Origin: Amoebidium appalachense
Lineage: Eukaryota; Protista; Ichthyosporea
Direction of reading: 5' to 3'
Length of the DNA: 64,000 bases
Assembly: GCA_963693365.1 (NCBI GenBank)
Contig: CAVNZM010000007.1
Span: 2,093,979 to 2,157,978, forward strand
A program made the translations under genes and the position numbers. Each line of letters opens with the position of its first letter. Position 1 is the first letter of the stretch. This document shows positions 50,052 to 59,820 of the stretch, in pieces. The notes beneath the pieces were generated by a model. It was not told the origin of the DNA. It worked only from the letters and a program-made list of their open reading frames with translations, and ran no database searches.

Positions 50052-50207
50052 TCCTAAGAGAAGCGGCGAGGAAAAGACTGTTTGAGAGAAGCGAAAAACA
50101 TGACTTTTATAGTCGCTTCTACAGGAAGAGATGTGTGATGCCGATCATCACACCATCTGTTTTCTTCCGATTGGTGGATAAAATGAGTATTTACCAAATA
50201 TATCATT
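50052..50207. repeat. Repeat A2 of the RT unit
   Basis: Direct repeat of 52565-52716. Confidence 0.95.
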
Positions 50208-50294
50208 TTAGACACCAAACTGCTATCTACGTCCACTAAGACTCAGCAGGCTAACATGAACTATTATACATTTACGCTGGCTGGCTGGGGCCCC

Positions 50295-52232
50295 TCAGCC
50301 TGCCCAGGAACTGGGGGTGCCGTCCAGACGAAATGCTTGCATACGCCACGGCCGCACCCCGCGCGGGAAAATCACCTCAGAGGGGCGCAGAGGCACACTT
50401 GCCGAAGCCAACCCCTGAATGACGGGCCACCACGACGCCGTATCCCACACTGGAACGACGAGGATGCCCGCTGCACCTTCCCGCTGCAGCTTGGCCACCG
50501 TTCGCTTGATCAGCGGGAACGGAGGCGCCCACCAGCTTGGTGCCGTCCACGGCACCGCCAACCCGTCTGCCATCCCACCGGGGGCCCCTGCCTGGGCCCA
50601 CACATTAAACTCGGCCTTCACTGCCGAGGTGTGGGTGGCAAACCGATCGACTTCGGGCTGCATGCCCAGCAGCCACTCCACCCGCTCGACTGCCTCCGGC
50701 GTGACTTGCCATTCATGCCGGGGGTCCACCCGCGACAGCCAATCTGCTCGGTCGTTGAGCTCACCTGGGATGTAGGCCACCTCCTGTGGCCAAGGCAACC
50801 CGTGGTCGAGGCACAACTGCAGAAGCTGCCACAGAATGCGCTGCATCGAGGGGCTGCCGCTGCCCTTTTTCCGCACGGCCCCAAGGGCCGCCTGGGCATC
50901 GGCTTGCCACTGCACCCGCTGCCCACGGAGGGCTTCCTGCAGGGCAGGGCTCTGATAGGCCTCCAACAGGCCCTCACACTCCGCAATCGCCGCCGCCCGC
51001 GGAGCGTCGTCGGCTGCCCACCTGCCCGCCGCCTCAAGCGCAGGGGCAGGGGATCCCGCCACTTGAAGCACGGCCCCCCAGCCGTGTGTGGTGGCGGCAT
51101 CCGTGATGAGCGTAGCCGTGACCGGGTTGGGCCATATCTCCGCCCGAGGCAACCGGCCAATGAACTGGGGCGTCCGACCGATAATCCGTAACTGACGCCC
51201 CGAAAGCCGAACGAAACTGCGCCAATTTCCCCCGCGTAGGGCGGCATACACTGGCCGCACCAACGTCAGCACGTGGGGAGTGGCAGCCCGCAGACTCATG
51301 ACCACCCCCAACCACCGGGCGACTTGCTTCTTTTCCACCCATCGCTTGCCCTTGCGAGCCTTGGCCATCACCCGCTTGGTCTCCTCCACCAGCTTCTCCA
51401 TAGAGGTGGCGGTAGGGGCCAACACACCCGCGGCAAGGTCGACATGGATGCCTAGATGGTCGAGATGGTCGGTGGGTTCCCACTGGCCCTTCTCCGTATT
51501 TCGGCTCAGGCCCGTTGCCTCGAGCTCCCCCTCAACAACACCGCGAGTTTGCAGCGCCTTTAGCGGCCGTTCGACGACCAACCAGTCGTCCAAGAACGCT
51601 AACGTGCGCACACCGCGCCGATGAAGACGCCGACCGAACTCCTTCATGAGCCGCGTGAAGTAGTATGGGCTGAGGGAATAGCCGAAAGGCAGCACAGTGT
51701 ACTGATACAGCTGGCCGCCAACCCGAATCTGAAAATATTTACGCCACCGTGGCGCAATTGCCAGCGCAAAGTAGCCGTCCTCCAGGTCGAAACTGAAGCC
51801 GTGGTCACCTGGCTGAGCAATGACCTGCAGGTCACTGAGCGTCTCGTACTTGAGGCCCCGCTGTACGGCATACTCATTCACTGGGCGCATGTCGATTATC
51901 AGCCGCACTTTACCGTTTGGTTTCCGCACCCCAAACGTGGTCGACACGCAATGCTTCCTGGACTCGTCGATGGGTTCAAGTGCGCCCTTACCCACTAAAC
52001 GCGCAACTTCCACCAACGCCTCCTCCTCCGAAACTTCGCCCAAGTCTAGGTACCTCCCCATGTCGTGGGGAGGTGGCGGCCCGGCGCACCATTCGGGTGT
52101 GATGCCATACTTAATCCAGAAGAGCACGTCCTTGGCTGCTCCCCCGTGCGCCCACTCATCGTGGCACGCCCGCACCCGTTGATAGAGCGGTGCAGGTGCT
52201 ACCCCGCCCACTGGCTTACTGGGAGCACACAT
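50295..52232 (-). CDS. DIRS-type reverse transcriptase - RNase H - methyltransferase-like (MT) polyprotein, intact ORF
   Basis: RT: RLIIDMRPVN, FDLEDGYF, VLPFGYSLSPYYF, FLDD, HLGI. RNase H: ITDAATTHGWGAV, YIPGELNDRADWLSR. MT: VDRFAT, DGLAVPW, WAPPFPLI, LVVPVW..WWP. First ATG at 52232; the ORF track starts at GTG 52250. Confidence 0.93.
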   Translation of the reverse strand: MCAPSKPVGGVAPAPLYQRVRACHDEWAHGGAAKDVLFWIKYGITPEWCAGPPPPHDMGRYLDLGEVSEEEALVEVARLVGKGALEPIDESRKHCVSTTFGVRKPNGKVRLIIDMRPVNEYAVQRGLKYETLSDLQVIAQPGDHGFSFDLEDGYFALAIAPRWRKYFQIRVGGQLYQYTVLPFGYSLSPYYFTRLMKEFGRRLHRRGVRTLAFLDDWLVVERPLKALQTRGVVEGELEATGLSRNTEKGQWEPTDHLDHLGIHVDLAAGVLAPTATSMEKLVEETKRVMAKARKGKRWVEKKQVARWLGVVMSLRAATPHVLTLVRPVYAALRGGNWRSFVRLSGRQLRIIGRTPQFIGRLPRAEIWPNPVTATLITDAATTHGWGAVLQVAGSPAPALEAAGRWAADDAPRAAAIAECEGLLEAYQSPALQEALRGQRVQWQADAQAALGAVRKKGSGSPSMQRILWQLLQLCLDHGLPWPQEVAYIPGELNDRADWLSRVDPRHEWQVTPEAVERVEWLLGMQPEVDRFATHTSAVKAEFNVWAQAGAPGGMADGLAVPWTAPSWWAPPFPLIKRTVAKLQREGAAGILVVPVWDTASWWPVIQGLASASVPLRPSEVIFPRGVRPWRMQAFRLDGTPSSWAG

Positions 52233-52564
52233 AACCGGCCGCCCCCGCACAGACCACTGCTGCCGGGGCCCACACTAGGACTAGAGAGCAGCACACGTTG
52301 CTGCTGTACATGCTCACGCGAGCAGCCCACACGGGCTAACGTTGCCAGACGTGCCTAGGTGCTTATAGCTACACAAACAACCCCAAAACACAACCCCACT
52401 TGTGTTTTGCAAAAACTCATGAGCGCATCCGGTCTCAATGATCTGCGGTTCCTGGGCCTATTATTATAGCTAAAGTCTAGGGACCTACACGACTGACTAT
52501 AGCGCTCACTGCGCTCAAAAGCTTTGGTCTTGGTCACTAGACCGGCCTCACTAACGCGCGCTTC

Positions 52565-52716
52565 TCCTAAGAGAAGCGGCGAGGAAAAGACTGTTTGAGA
52601 GAAGCGAAAAACATGACTTTTATAGTCGCTTCTACAGGAAGAGATGTGTGATGCCGATCATCACACCATCTTCTTCCGATTGGTGGATAAAATGAGTATT
52701 TACCAAATATATCATT
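52565..52716 (-). promoter_or_regulatory. Repeat A1 of the RT unit, with a putative promoter facing the RT ORF
   Basis: Direct repeat of A2. On the minus strand, CCAAT (ccaatcgg) precedes a tgtgatg/catcaca hairpin and TATAAAAG. Promoter function is inferred. Confidence 0.6.
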
Positions 52717-52763
52717 CCTAGAGATAACAATTTAGATGTATGGTTGCTTTCGATTGCTTTATG

Positions 52764-53688
52764 TGTTGTAATACGTAGTATTTACATATGGTAAGATCTT
52801 CTCAGTTTGTGTTATGTTTCAGTTCATATGCTTAGTGTAAATGCCACACTCCTATTATGTAAAGTGTAGCATCGATCTCCGATATGCTTGTATACTTGTA
52901 ATCGTGTTGTATCGGCTTTAATCGTGTATTGTAATATCGATTAGAATATTTATATGTGTGTACACGGATCCACCCACTCAGGGAGAGATGTGTACATGTT
53001 CGTGTGTACATAAATATCTCTGGTTATAGTTATGCTATTACTATCTTGTTTGTTGATCTGTGCTCTCTTTTCCTTCCTCTTTCTCCTTCCTTATTTTCTT
53101 TTCTTTCTCTCCTTGTCTTCATGTGTATAATCGTATTTCTTTTCTACTAATATATGTTAGGTAGATTTGTGTTACTTAATACGTGTTCATTGGACGGTAA
53201 CACACTTAGGCTACACTTAGAATAGCATGTGTGTTTAGACTTCATTAATTCACTTTAGTTTTCATGTGTTGCCGGGCTTTAACCAATCATCAAGGTTAAG
53301 TGTGATATGTCTGAGTCTTTGCAGTATGTCATAGGTTAGAACTTCCTTGATGATGACACGAGTTGATCCTAACTAGTGTCTGTGTCCTATCGTGTACGCC
53401 TCCGCGTACCGGATCTCTCTGAAAGCAATTGGTTCTTAGTGATTGGTTTCTATTAGAGATGGATCTGATTTCCGACTGGTCGGAAATCATGTATGGATTG
53501 GACTTAGAGGAATTTCAGGTATTTATTCGAAGATCAGAATAAATTCAGTTGAGTCGTGTCTAAACATTGATGTCTGTTGTGTACACTGCTCCGATCGTTC
53601 CGTGTTTTGTTGTTGTGTGTGTCTGTGGTGTTTTCACACTGCACCACTGTGTCTCTGCTTACATCCCAAATACTTATAGAAATTAACA
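52764..53688 (+). repeat. Copia 5' LTR
   Basis: tgttgtaatac...aattaaca, repeated at 58604-59528. Confidence 0.96.
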
Positions 53689-53750
53689 GGTTATGCAGCC
53701 CTTTTGTACGCTCCCTACACACATCTAGAACTCGCGCTCGTTTTTCAATC

Positions 53751-56700
53751 ATGGATCCAAACAAAACTGGCGTAAACAAAATCACCATGTGGAAAGGTGA
53801 AGGGAAGACTGGTCCCTATAGCAAAACTACCTATTTTCAATGGGAAATCATTTTTCTCGGCATGATGACCGGCACTAAAGGTGTCCGACTCGTGGATGTT
53901 GTCCTTGCTGACAACTACGTCCCCCCTACCACCGTCGCGGTTGACGGTGAACCCCCCTTCTATGGCTACGGCACTACCGCGGAACTCAAAGAGGCCCGCA
54001 ATTGCCTCCTGCTCCATATGATACAGAACATCGACCCTTCCGTCCTCACCACCGTTGCCCAGTACCGTATTGGCATGGACCCTGAACGGGCCATGTGGAA
54101 ATTCCGTCAACACTATCTCCAAGGCAAACCCGATCAGATCCGCATCCTTCACCGTCAGTGGGATGCCTGTGCCCTTCAGCCCGGTGAATCATTCACCACC
54201 TACCTGAGCCGTCTGCAGACCATCGTGAACCAGCTCCAGTCTCTCCAAGATGAGTCCATTCACTTCACTCGTCTAGCTGAGAAGTTCTTCAATGAACTCA
54301 CCACCAGAGACGACCTCACCCCTGAGTTCAATCGTCTTATCGAAGACTATCACTTCGGTGATAAGCTATTCCCCGACTTCGAGTCCCTCCATAACCACGT
54401 CAAGGGCATCGAGTTACGTCAAGACCTCAAGATGCAACTCCGGAACAACCGTGCCCACCGTGCCTCCAAGTCCAGCATGGCATTAAATGCCAGTGCTCCC
54501 CCCCGTGATCTTCCTCGCCGTGACTTACGCACCCGACTTGACCGTACCTCTGGCACGGACCTCCGAACTCGTCTCTCCCGTCAGCACACCCGATCCCGTT
54601 CCCCCCACCGGCCTGCCTTCCGGTCCACGTCTCGTTCCCCCAGTCGTTCCCGTTTCTCGGGTTCCCGTCGTTCTGATTCCCCGGCTCGTTCTAACACCCC
54701 GTCCGTGAAAGAATGCTCCTACTGCCACGAGCCTGATCACACGATCATCGATTGCCCTGAGCCGAAATGCCGTATGTCCAGACACAACCGTTCCCGTCAA
54801 GGCAGTGAGAAATCTGTCTCCTTTGCTTTCTCGGCATACAATGCTAGCTCCGTCCCCGTGTCCTCCGACCCTGCCTGGGATTCCGGGTGCAACATGACTG
54901 TTTGCCCCACCCGTGAGTTCTTCCATGACCTCACTCCCCTTCCGACACCGACTCCCGTTGCTGCCTTCAATGGCACCCCCGTCTTGGCCACTCACACCGG
55001 CCATATCGTCATCAACACCACCACCGACCATGGCACTACCACCCTAACCATTGAAGCCTACTACACCCCGTTAGGCCAAGCCTTCCTCATTTCAACATCC
55101 CAAGCTGCTGCCGAATACATCAAGGGTGATTTGAACGATGCCTCCACTCCGTCATTCCTCTTCGACCGACTCACCGGCCGTCATCTCGTCAACCTCCGTC
55201 TACACAACGGTCTGTATTACTTCAAGGACTACACCATTCAACCACCCACTCGTCCTGTGGCTCTGGCTGCCACTACCAGTGTTAACCCATCCATCTGGCA
55301 CCATCGTCTGGGGCACCGAGCTATGACCAGCATCAAGGACATGGTGAAACACGACCTTGTTATTGGTCTCCCCTCCTCTGTCCTCGACTGTGATGTTCCT
55401 GATTGTCATGGCTGCATTATGGGTAAGACCACCAAGGCTCCGTTCAGGGGTGACCGTCCTCACTCCAACATCCCCGGTCATGAATGGCATTGGGATTTTT
55501 TTGAGCCTACCACAACATCGTACGGAGGTTCCAAGGTTGCTCTCGTCACTGTCTGCCGTGCCTCTGGCCTCGTCAAGATCTACCCGATGGCCGACCGTAC
55601 CACCACCCTGGATATTCTCACAGCTCACACCAACCTCGTTGCCACCCATGCCCCCTCCAAAGTTGGTGTTTACCACTTCGACTCCGGCTCTGAGTTCACC
55701 TCCAAGGATACCCGTGCTTTTTGCCTCTCCCAGGGCATCAAGGCCAGCTATGCTCCGGTGGACTGCCCTCAACTGAACGGCTATGTTGAACGACGTATGC
55801 GGTTCCTCCAAGAGATTGTCCGTTGCCTCCTCCATCAAGTCCAAGATCAGTCTCTGTCTCCCAAACTGTGGGCTGAGGCCCTCCAACATGCCGCCTACAT
55901 CATCAACGTCACCCCGTCCACGACTGCCAATGGTCGTACACCATTCGAGGTTTTCTACGGTGTCAAGCCCGACATCTCCGAGCTCAAAGTGTTCGGTTGC
56001 CCTGCCTACACTCACGTGCCAGCCTCTAAACGGAACAAGCTGGCCCCCACCGTCAAACTCGGCATGTATATCGGCTATGATCTTCAATCACACTGCCACC
56101 GGATCTTCAATGCCACCACCCATCGTGTCGGCCTCTTCCGTGATGTGATTTTCGACGAATCAGCTTATCTCCCGTCCGACATTCCATCAACCCTTCCGAC
56201 CCCCGACACCACTGCTACCTCGACCACCCCACCCCCCACAGTTGACACTGAAGATGATGTTTGTCTGGTGTACTCTGGCCCCCCTCCTGCCATCGTCGTT
56301 CCCCCGACACCCCCCCCCCCACCGGCCCCCCTGCCCCCGTGCCCGTCCAGCCTGCCGACCCTCATCCTGGCCCTGGCAACGTCACACCCATCCGACCCGG
56401 CTCCCCCGACAACTTCCACTCGGCCCCGTCCAGCCCGGATGTTGCCCCCCCTGCACTTCCGAACTTCCAAGTTCCCCCCCCCACCGTCTCCACCTACCCC
56501 GGTTCCTGCACCCCGTCGTTCTGCCCGTCTCCAGGGCAAGGTTGGACTTCAAGCCACCACCACCCTGCCAGTCCCCCCCGGTCCCCCCATCAACATCGAC
56601 CAACTACCCAAACTTGTCCGTCAACTCTGTTCCGGACCCAATGGTGATCAGGTCAAGTCAGCCCTGACTGCTGAGTATCAAGCCTTCGTCGACAAAGACA

Positions 56701-58160
56701 TCTTTGAACTTGTTGACCCTCCCCCTGGTGCTAACATCGTCGGCTTCAAGTGGATTGTCTCCGAGAAAACTCTCAACTCGGCTGGTGACACCAAGATCAA
56801 GGCACGTGGTGTTGCTCAAGGCTTCAGTCAGCAATACGGTGTTGACTATGAGTTGATTGAGAGCCCTGTCATCCGTCCGGCTGCTCTCCGTGCCATCCTA
56901 GCTCTGGCCGTTGTTGAAGGTCATGACATACATCAACTCGACGTGTCTACGGCCTTTCTCAACAGCCCACTCACCGAGACCATCTACATGAAACAACCCC
57001 CGGGATTCATCACCATGGCCACACTTGGCAAGGTCTGGAGACTCAAGAAAGCCCTGTACGGCCTCAAGCAAGCCTCCAAGGCTTGGTACGACTTCCTCGA
57101 CGGCATTCTTCTTGCCCATGGCCTGACCCGTACTAAGACCGACCCGTGCATCTACCTCCGGTTCTTCCCCAACAACGATGTGGTACGGGCTGGTAACTAC
57201 GTCGATGACTCCACCATCACCAACACCCGGGGTTCTACTGCTGCCAGTGACCTGGCTGCCCACATCAGCAAGATGGCCAGCTGTCGTATGAGTCCATTTG
57301 ACCGTATGCTCGGTGTTGATTTTAATCACTCTGATCCCCATCACCTCCACATGCACCAGAGGTCTTACATCATGGATATCATCCACGACTTCAACCTCAC
57401 CGATGCCAAGTCCAAGTCTACCCCCATCCCTGCAGGCACCACCGTCTCCCTGGCTGATTGCCCCCCCCAACCGTTCACCGTGCCCTACCGTGAGTTACTC
57501 GGCCGTCTCCTCTGGGTGGCACGGTGCACACGTCCCGACATTGCCTATGCCATCGGCTTCCTTGGTCGGTTCAGCACCAACCCCGGCAAGACTCACTGGG
57601 ACCTTCTCCGTCGTGTGGCCCGGTACCTGCTCGGCACCATTGACCTTGGCATTGACTACAAGTACTCGGCCACCCAGTCCCCCATACTCGAATGCTACAC
57701 GGATGCTGACTTTGCTGGTTGTGCCGACAGCAAGAAGTCTACCACCGGCTACATTATCGTGTTTGCTGGTATGCCCGTCATCTGGTACTCCAAGCTCCAG
57801 CCCATCACGGCCACCAGCACCACTGAAGCTGAGCTGATTGCTCTCAATGCTGGCACCCAAGAAGTTGCTTGGGTCCGTGACCTCTTCAAGGAACTCGGCT
57901 GTCCCATGCTTGCTCCGACTCCGGTGTACTGTGACAACCAGTCGACCATTGCCATCGTCAACTCCACCGGCATCAAGCACCGTACCAAACACATTGCCGT
58001 CCGGTATCACAACACCAAGGACTACATTGCCAGTGGGGACGTGGTTGTCCACTACGTTGAGTCAGCCCACAACTTAGCTGACATACTCACCAAACCCCTC
58101 CCCGGCCCGAGTCATGTCCACCATCGTGCTCGACTTTGTTTACCGGATATTGTGGATTGA
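53751..58160 (+). CDS. Copia gag-pol polyprotein (1469 aa from ATG 53751), intact
   Basis: Zinc knuckle CSYCHEPDHTIIDC; protease WDSGC; WHHRLGH..CHGC; integrase HWDF/FDSGSEF/NGYVERRMR; RT LKKALYGLKQA and YVDD; RNase H YTDADFAG and ADILTKPL. Order is PR-IN-RT-RH. Confidence 0.97.
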   Translation: MDPNKTGVNKITMWKGEGKTGPYSKTTYFQWEIIFLGMMTGTKGVRLVDVVLADNYVPPTTVAVDGEPPFYGYGTTAELKEARNCLLLHMIQNIDPSVLTTVAQYRIGMDPERAMWKFRQHYLQGKPDQIRILHRQWDACALQPGESFTTYLSRLQTIVNQLQSLQDESIHFTRLAEKFFNELTTRDDLTPEFNRLIEDYHFGDKLFPDFESLHNHVKGIELRQDLKMQLRNNRAHRASKSSMALNASAPPRDLPRRDLRTRLDRTSGTDLRTRLSRQHTRSRSPHRPAFRSTSRSPSRSRFSGSRRSDSPARSNTPSVKECSYCHEPDHTIIDCPEPKCRMSRHNRSRQGSEKSVSFAFSAYNASSVPVSSDPAWDSGCNMTVCPTREFFHDLTPLPTPTPVAAFNGTPVLATHTGHIVINTTTDHGTTTLTIEAYYTPLGQAFLISTSQAAAEYIKGDLNDASTPSFLFDRLTGRHLVNLRLHNGLYYFKDYTIQPPTRPVALAATTSVNPSIWHHRLGHRAMTSIKDMVKHDLVIGLPSSVLDCDVPDCHGCIMGKTTKAPFRGDRPHSNIPGHEWHWDFFEPTTTSYGGSKVALVTVCRASGLVKIYPMADRTTTLDILTAHTNLVATHAPSKVGVYHFDSGSEFTSKDTRAFCLSQGIKASYAPVDCPQLNGYVERRMRFLQEIVRCLLHQVQDQSLSPKLWAEALQHAAYIINVTPSTTANGRTPFEVFYGVKPDISELKVFGCPAYTHVPASKRNKLAPTVKLGMYIGYDLQSHCHRIFNATTHRVGLFRDVIFDESAYLPSDIPSTLPTPDTTATSTTPPPTVDTEDDVCLVYSGPPPAIVVPPTPPPPPAPLPPCPSSLPTLILALATSHPSDPAPPTTSTRPRPARMLPPLHFRTSKFPPPPSPPTPVPAPRRSARLQGKVGLQATTTLPVPPGPPINIDQLPKLVRQLCSGPNGDQVKSALTAEYQAFVDKDIFELVDPPPGANIVGFKWIVSEKTLNSAGDTKIKARGVAQGFSQQYGVDYELIESPVIRPAALRAILALAVVEGHDIHQLDVSTAFLNSPLTETIYMKQPPGFITMATLGKVWRLKKALYGLKQASKAWYDFLDGILLAHGLTRTKTDPCIYLRFFPNNDVVRAGNYVDDSTITNTRGSTAASDLAAHISKMASCRMSPFDRMLGVDFNHSDPHHLHMHQRSYIMDIIHDFNLTDAKSKSTPIPAGTTVSLADCPPQPFTVPYRELLGRLLWVARCTRPDIAYAIGFLGRFSTNPGKTHWDLLRRVARYLLGTIDLGIDYKYSATQSPILECYTDADFAGCADSKKSTTGYIIVFAGMPVIWYSKLQPITATSTTEAELIALNAGTQEVAWVRDLFKELGCPMLAPTPVYCDNQSTIAIVNSTGIKHRTKHIAVRYHNTKDYIASGDVVVHYVESAHNLADILTKPLPGPSHVHHRARLCLPDIVD

Positions 58161-58437
58161 CCCGACCTACTTCAAGAGTGATTTTCTCATGTGTACTACT
58201 TACTTTATCAACATCATTATATCATATGTATTGCCTTTGTGGGTATGCCCACTTAGGGTTTATATATAAGGTTTGACCTGTACCATCACTCTACTCTATC
58301 TTTCACTGGTTTAAAACCCAGTTAATCAAACACCGCCTATACACGTTATATATATTCGTTGTTTTTGCCCCGGTTCCTTCCCCCCCCCCTCCCCCCCCCC
58401 CCCCTTCCCCCCCCCCCCCTTCCCCCCCCCCCCCCTC

Positions 58438-58469
<32 letters not shown>

Positions 58470-58603
58470 TTCTCCCCCCCCCCCCCCCCCCCGGGAAAAG
58501 TACACACTTTAATTTTTTTTTTTCCGTTTCTGTTCTCAAGTGGGGAGATTTCACTAGTTCAGTGGGGATATGATAACACAAACTTCAAAGTCTTAAGTGG
58601 GGA

Positions 58604-59528
58604 TGTTGTAATACGTAGTATTTACATATGGTAAGATCTTCTCAGTTTGTGTTATGTTTCAGTTCATATGCTTAGTGTAAATGCCACACTCCTATTATGT
58701 AAAGTGTAGCATCGATCTCCGATATGCTTGTATACTTGTAATCGTGTTGTATCGGCTTTAATCGTGTATTGTAATATCGATTAGAATATTTATATGTGTG
58801 TACACGGATCCACCCACTCAGGGAGAGATGTGTACATGTTCGTGTGTACATAAATATCTCTGGTTATAGTTATGCTATTACTATCTTGTTTGTTGATCTG
58901 TGCTCTCTTTTCCTTCCTCTTTCTCCTTCCTTATTTTCTTTTCTTTCTCTCCTTGTCTTCATGTGTATAATCGTATTTCTTTTCTACTAATATATGTTAG
59001 GTAGATTTGTGTTACTTAATACGTGTTCATTGGACGGTAACACACTTAGGCTACACTTAGAATAGCATGTGTGTTTAGACTTCATTAATTCACTTTAGTT
59101 TTCATGTGTTGCCGGGCTTTAACCAATCATCAAGGTTAAGTGTGATATGTCTGAGTCTTTGCAGTATGTCATAGGTTAGAACTTCCTTGATGATGACACG
59201 AGTTGATCCTAACTAGTGTCTGTGTCCTATCGTGTACGCCTCCGCGTACCGGATCTCTCTGAAAGCAATTGGTTCTTAGTGATTGGTTTCTATTAGAGAT
59301 GGATCTGATTTCCGACTGGTCGGAAATCATGTATGGATTGGACTTAGAGGAATTTCAGGTATTTATTCGAAGATCAGAATAAATTCAGTTGAGTCGTGTC
59401 TAAACATTGATGTCTGTTGTGTACACTGCTCCGATCGTTCCGTGTTTTGTTGTTGTGTGTGTCTGTGGTGTTTTCACACTGCACCACTGTGTCTCTGCTT
59501 ACATCCCAAATACTTATAGAAATTAACA
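58604..59528 (+). repeat. Copia 3' LTR
   Basis: Direct repeat of the 5' LTR, preceded by a PPT and followed by the TSD. Confidence 0.96.
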
Positions 59529-59787
59529 TTATGAGCTCGGGTCAGGCTGTGATCCCATCAGAGATCGTCGACAACACTTACATACAGCTACACACGTCAC
59601 TTACTATAGTATCAGGCTTACCACAACCTCGTTCTCATATTCTTACCAAAACCTCACTCCCTCACCCACCACCCGTGCGCAGGGGGGCATGCGTGTGTGC
59701 GTGTATGTGCGTGTATATGTGTGTTTTGTGTGTGTATGTGTGTGTGCGGGTGTGTGCGGGTGTGTGAGTGCACGTGTGTTGTGTGTG

Positions 59788-59820
<33 letters not shown>

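Larger units (their letters stand above)
49743..52716 (-). mobile_element. DIRS/PAT-like split-direct-repeat retroelement, RT-only unit (A1-ORF-B1-A2-spacer-B2)
   Basis: A1 52565-52716 equals A2 50052-50207 (one 4-nt indel). B1 50204-50224 equals B2 49743-49763 (cattttagacaccaaactgct). catt is present at both outer junctions. There is a single RT-RNaseH-MT ORF. Confidence 0.88.
52764..59528 (+). mobile_element. Full-length Ty1/Copia LTR retrotransposon, recent insertion
   Basis: 925-bp LTRs (TG..CA) at 52764-53688 and 58604-59528 with no difference seen by eye. 5-bp TSD TTATG at 52759-52763 and 59529-59533. PBS ggttatgcagccc at 53689-53701. PPT aagtgggga at 58595-58603. Confidence 0.97.

Noticed and set aside
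53577-53750. N-terminal extension of the 1527-aa Copia ORF
   Set aside because: It starts at a non-ATG codon inside the LTR and crosses the PBS; the real start is likely ATG 53751.
53745-58077. Antisense and alternate-frame ORFs over the Copia and DIRS coding regions
   Set aside because: Shadow ORFs caused by GC3-rich codon usage; no motifs.
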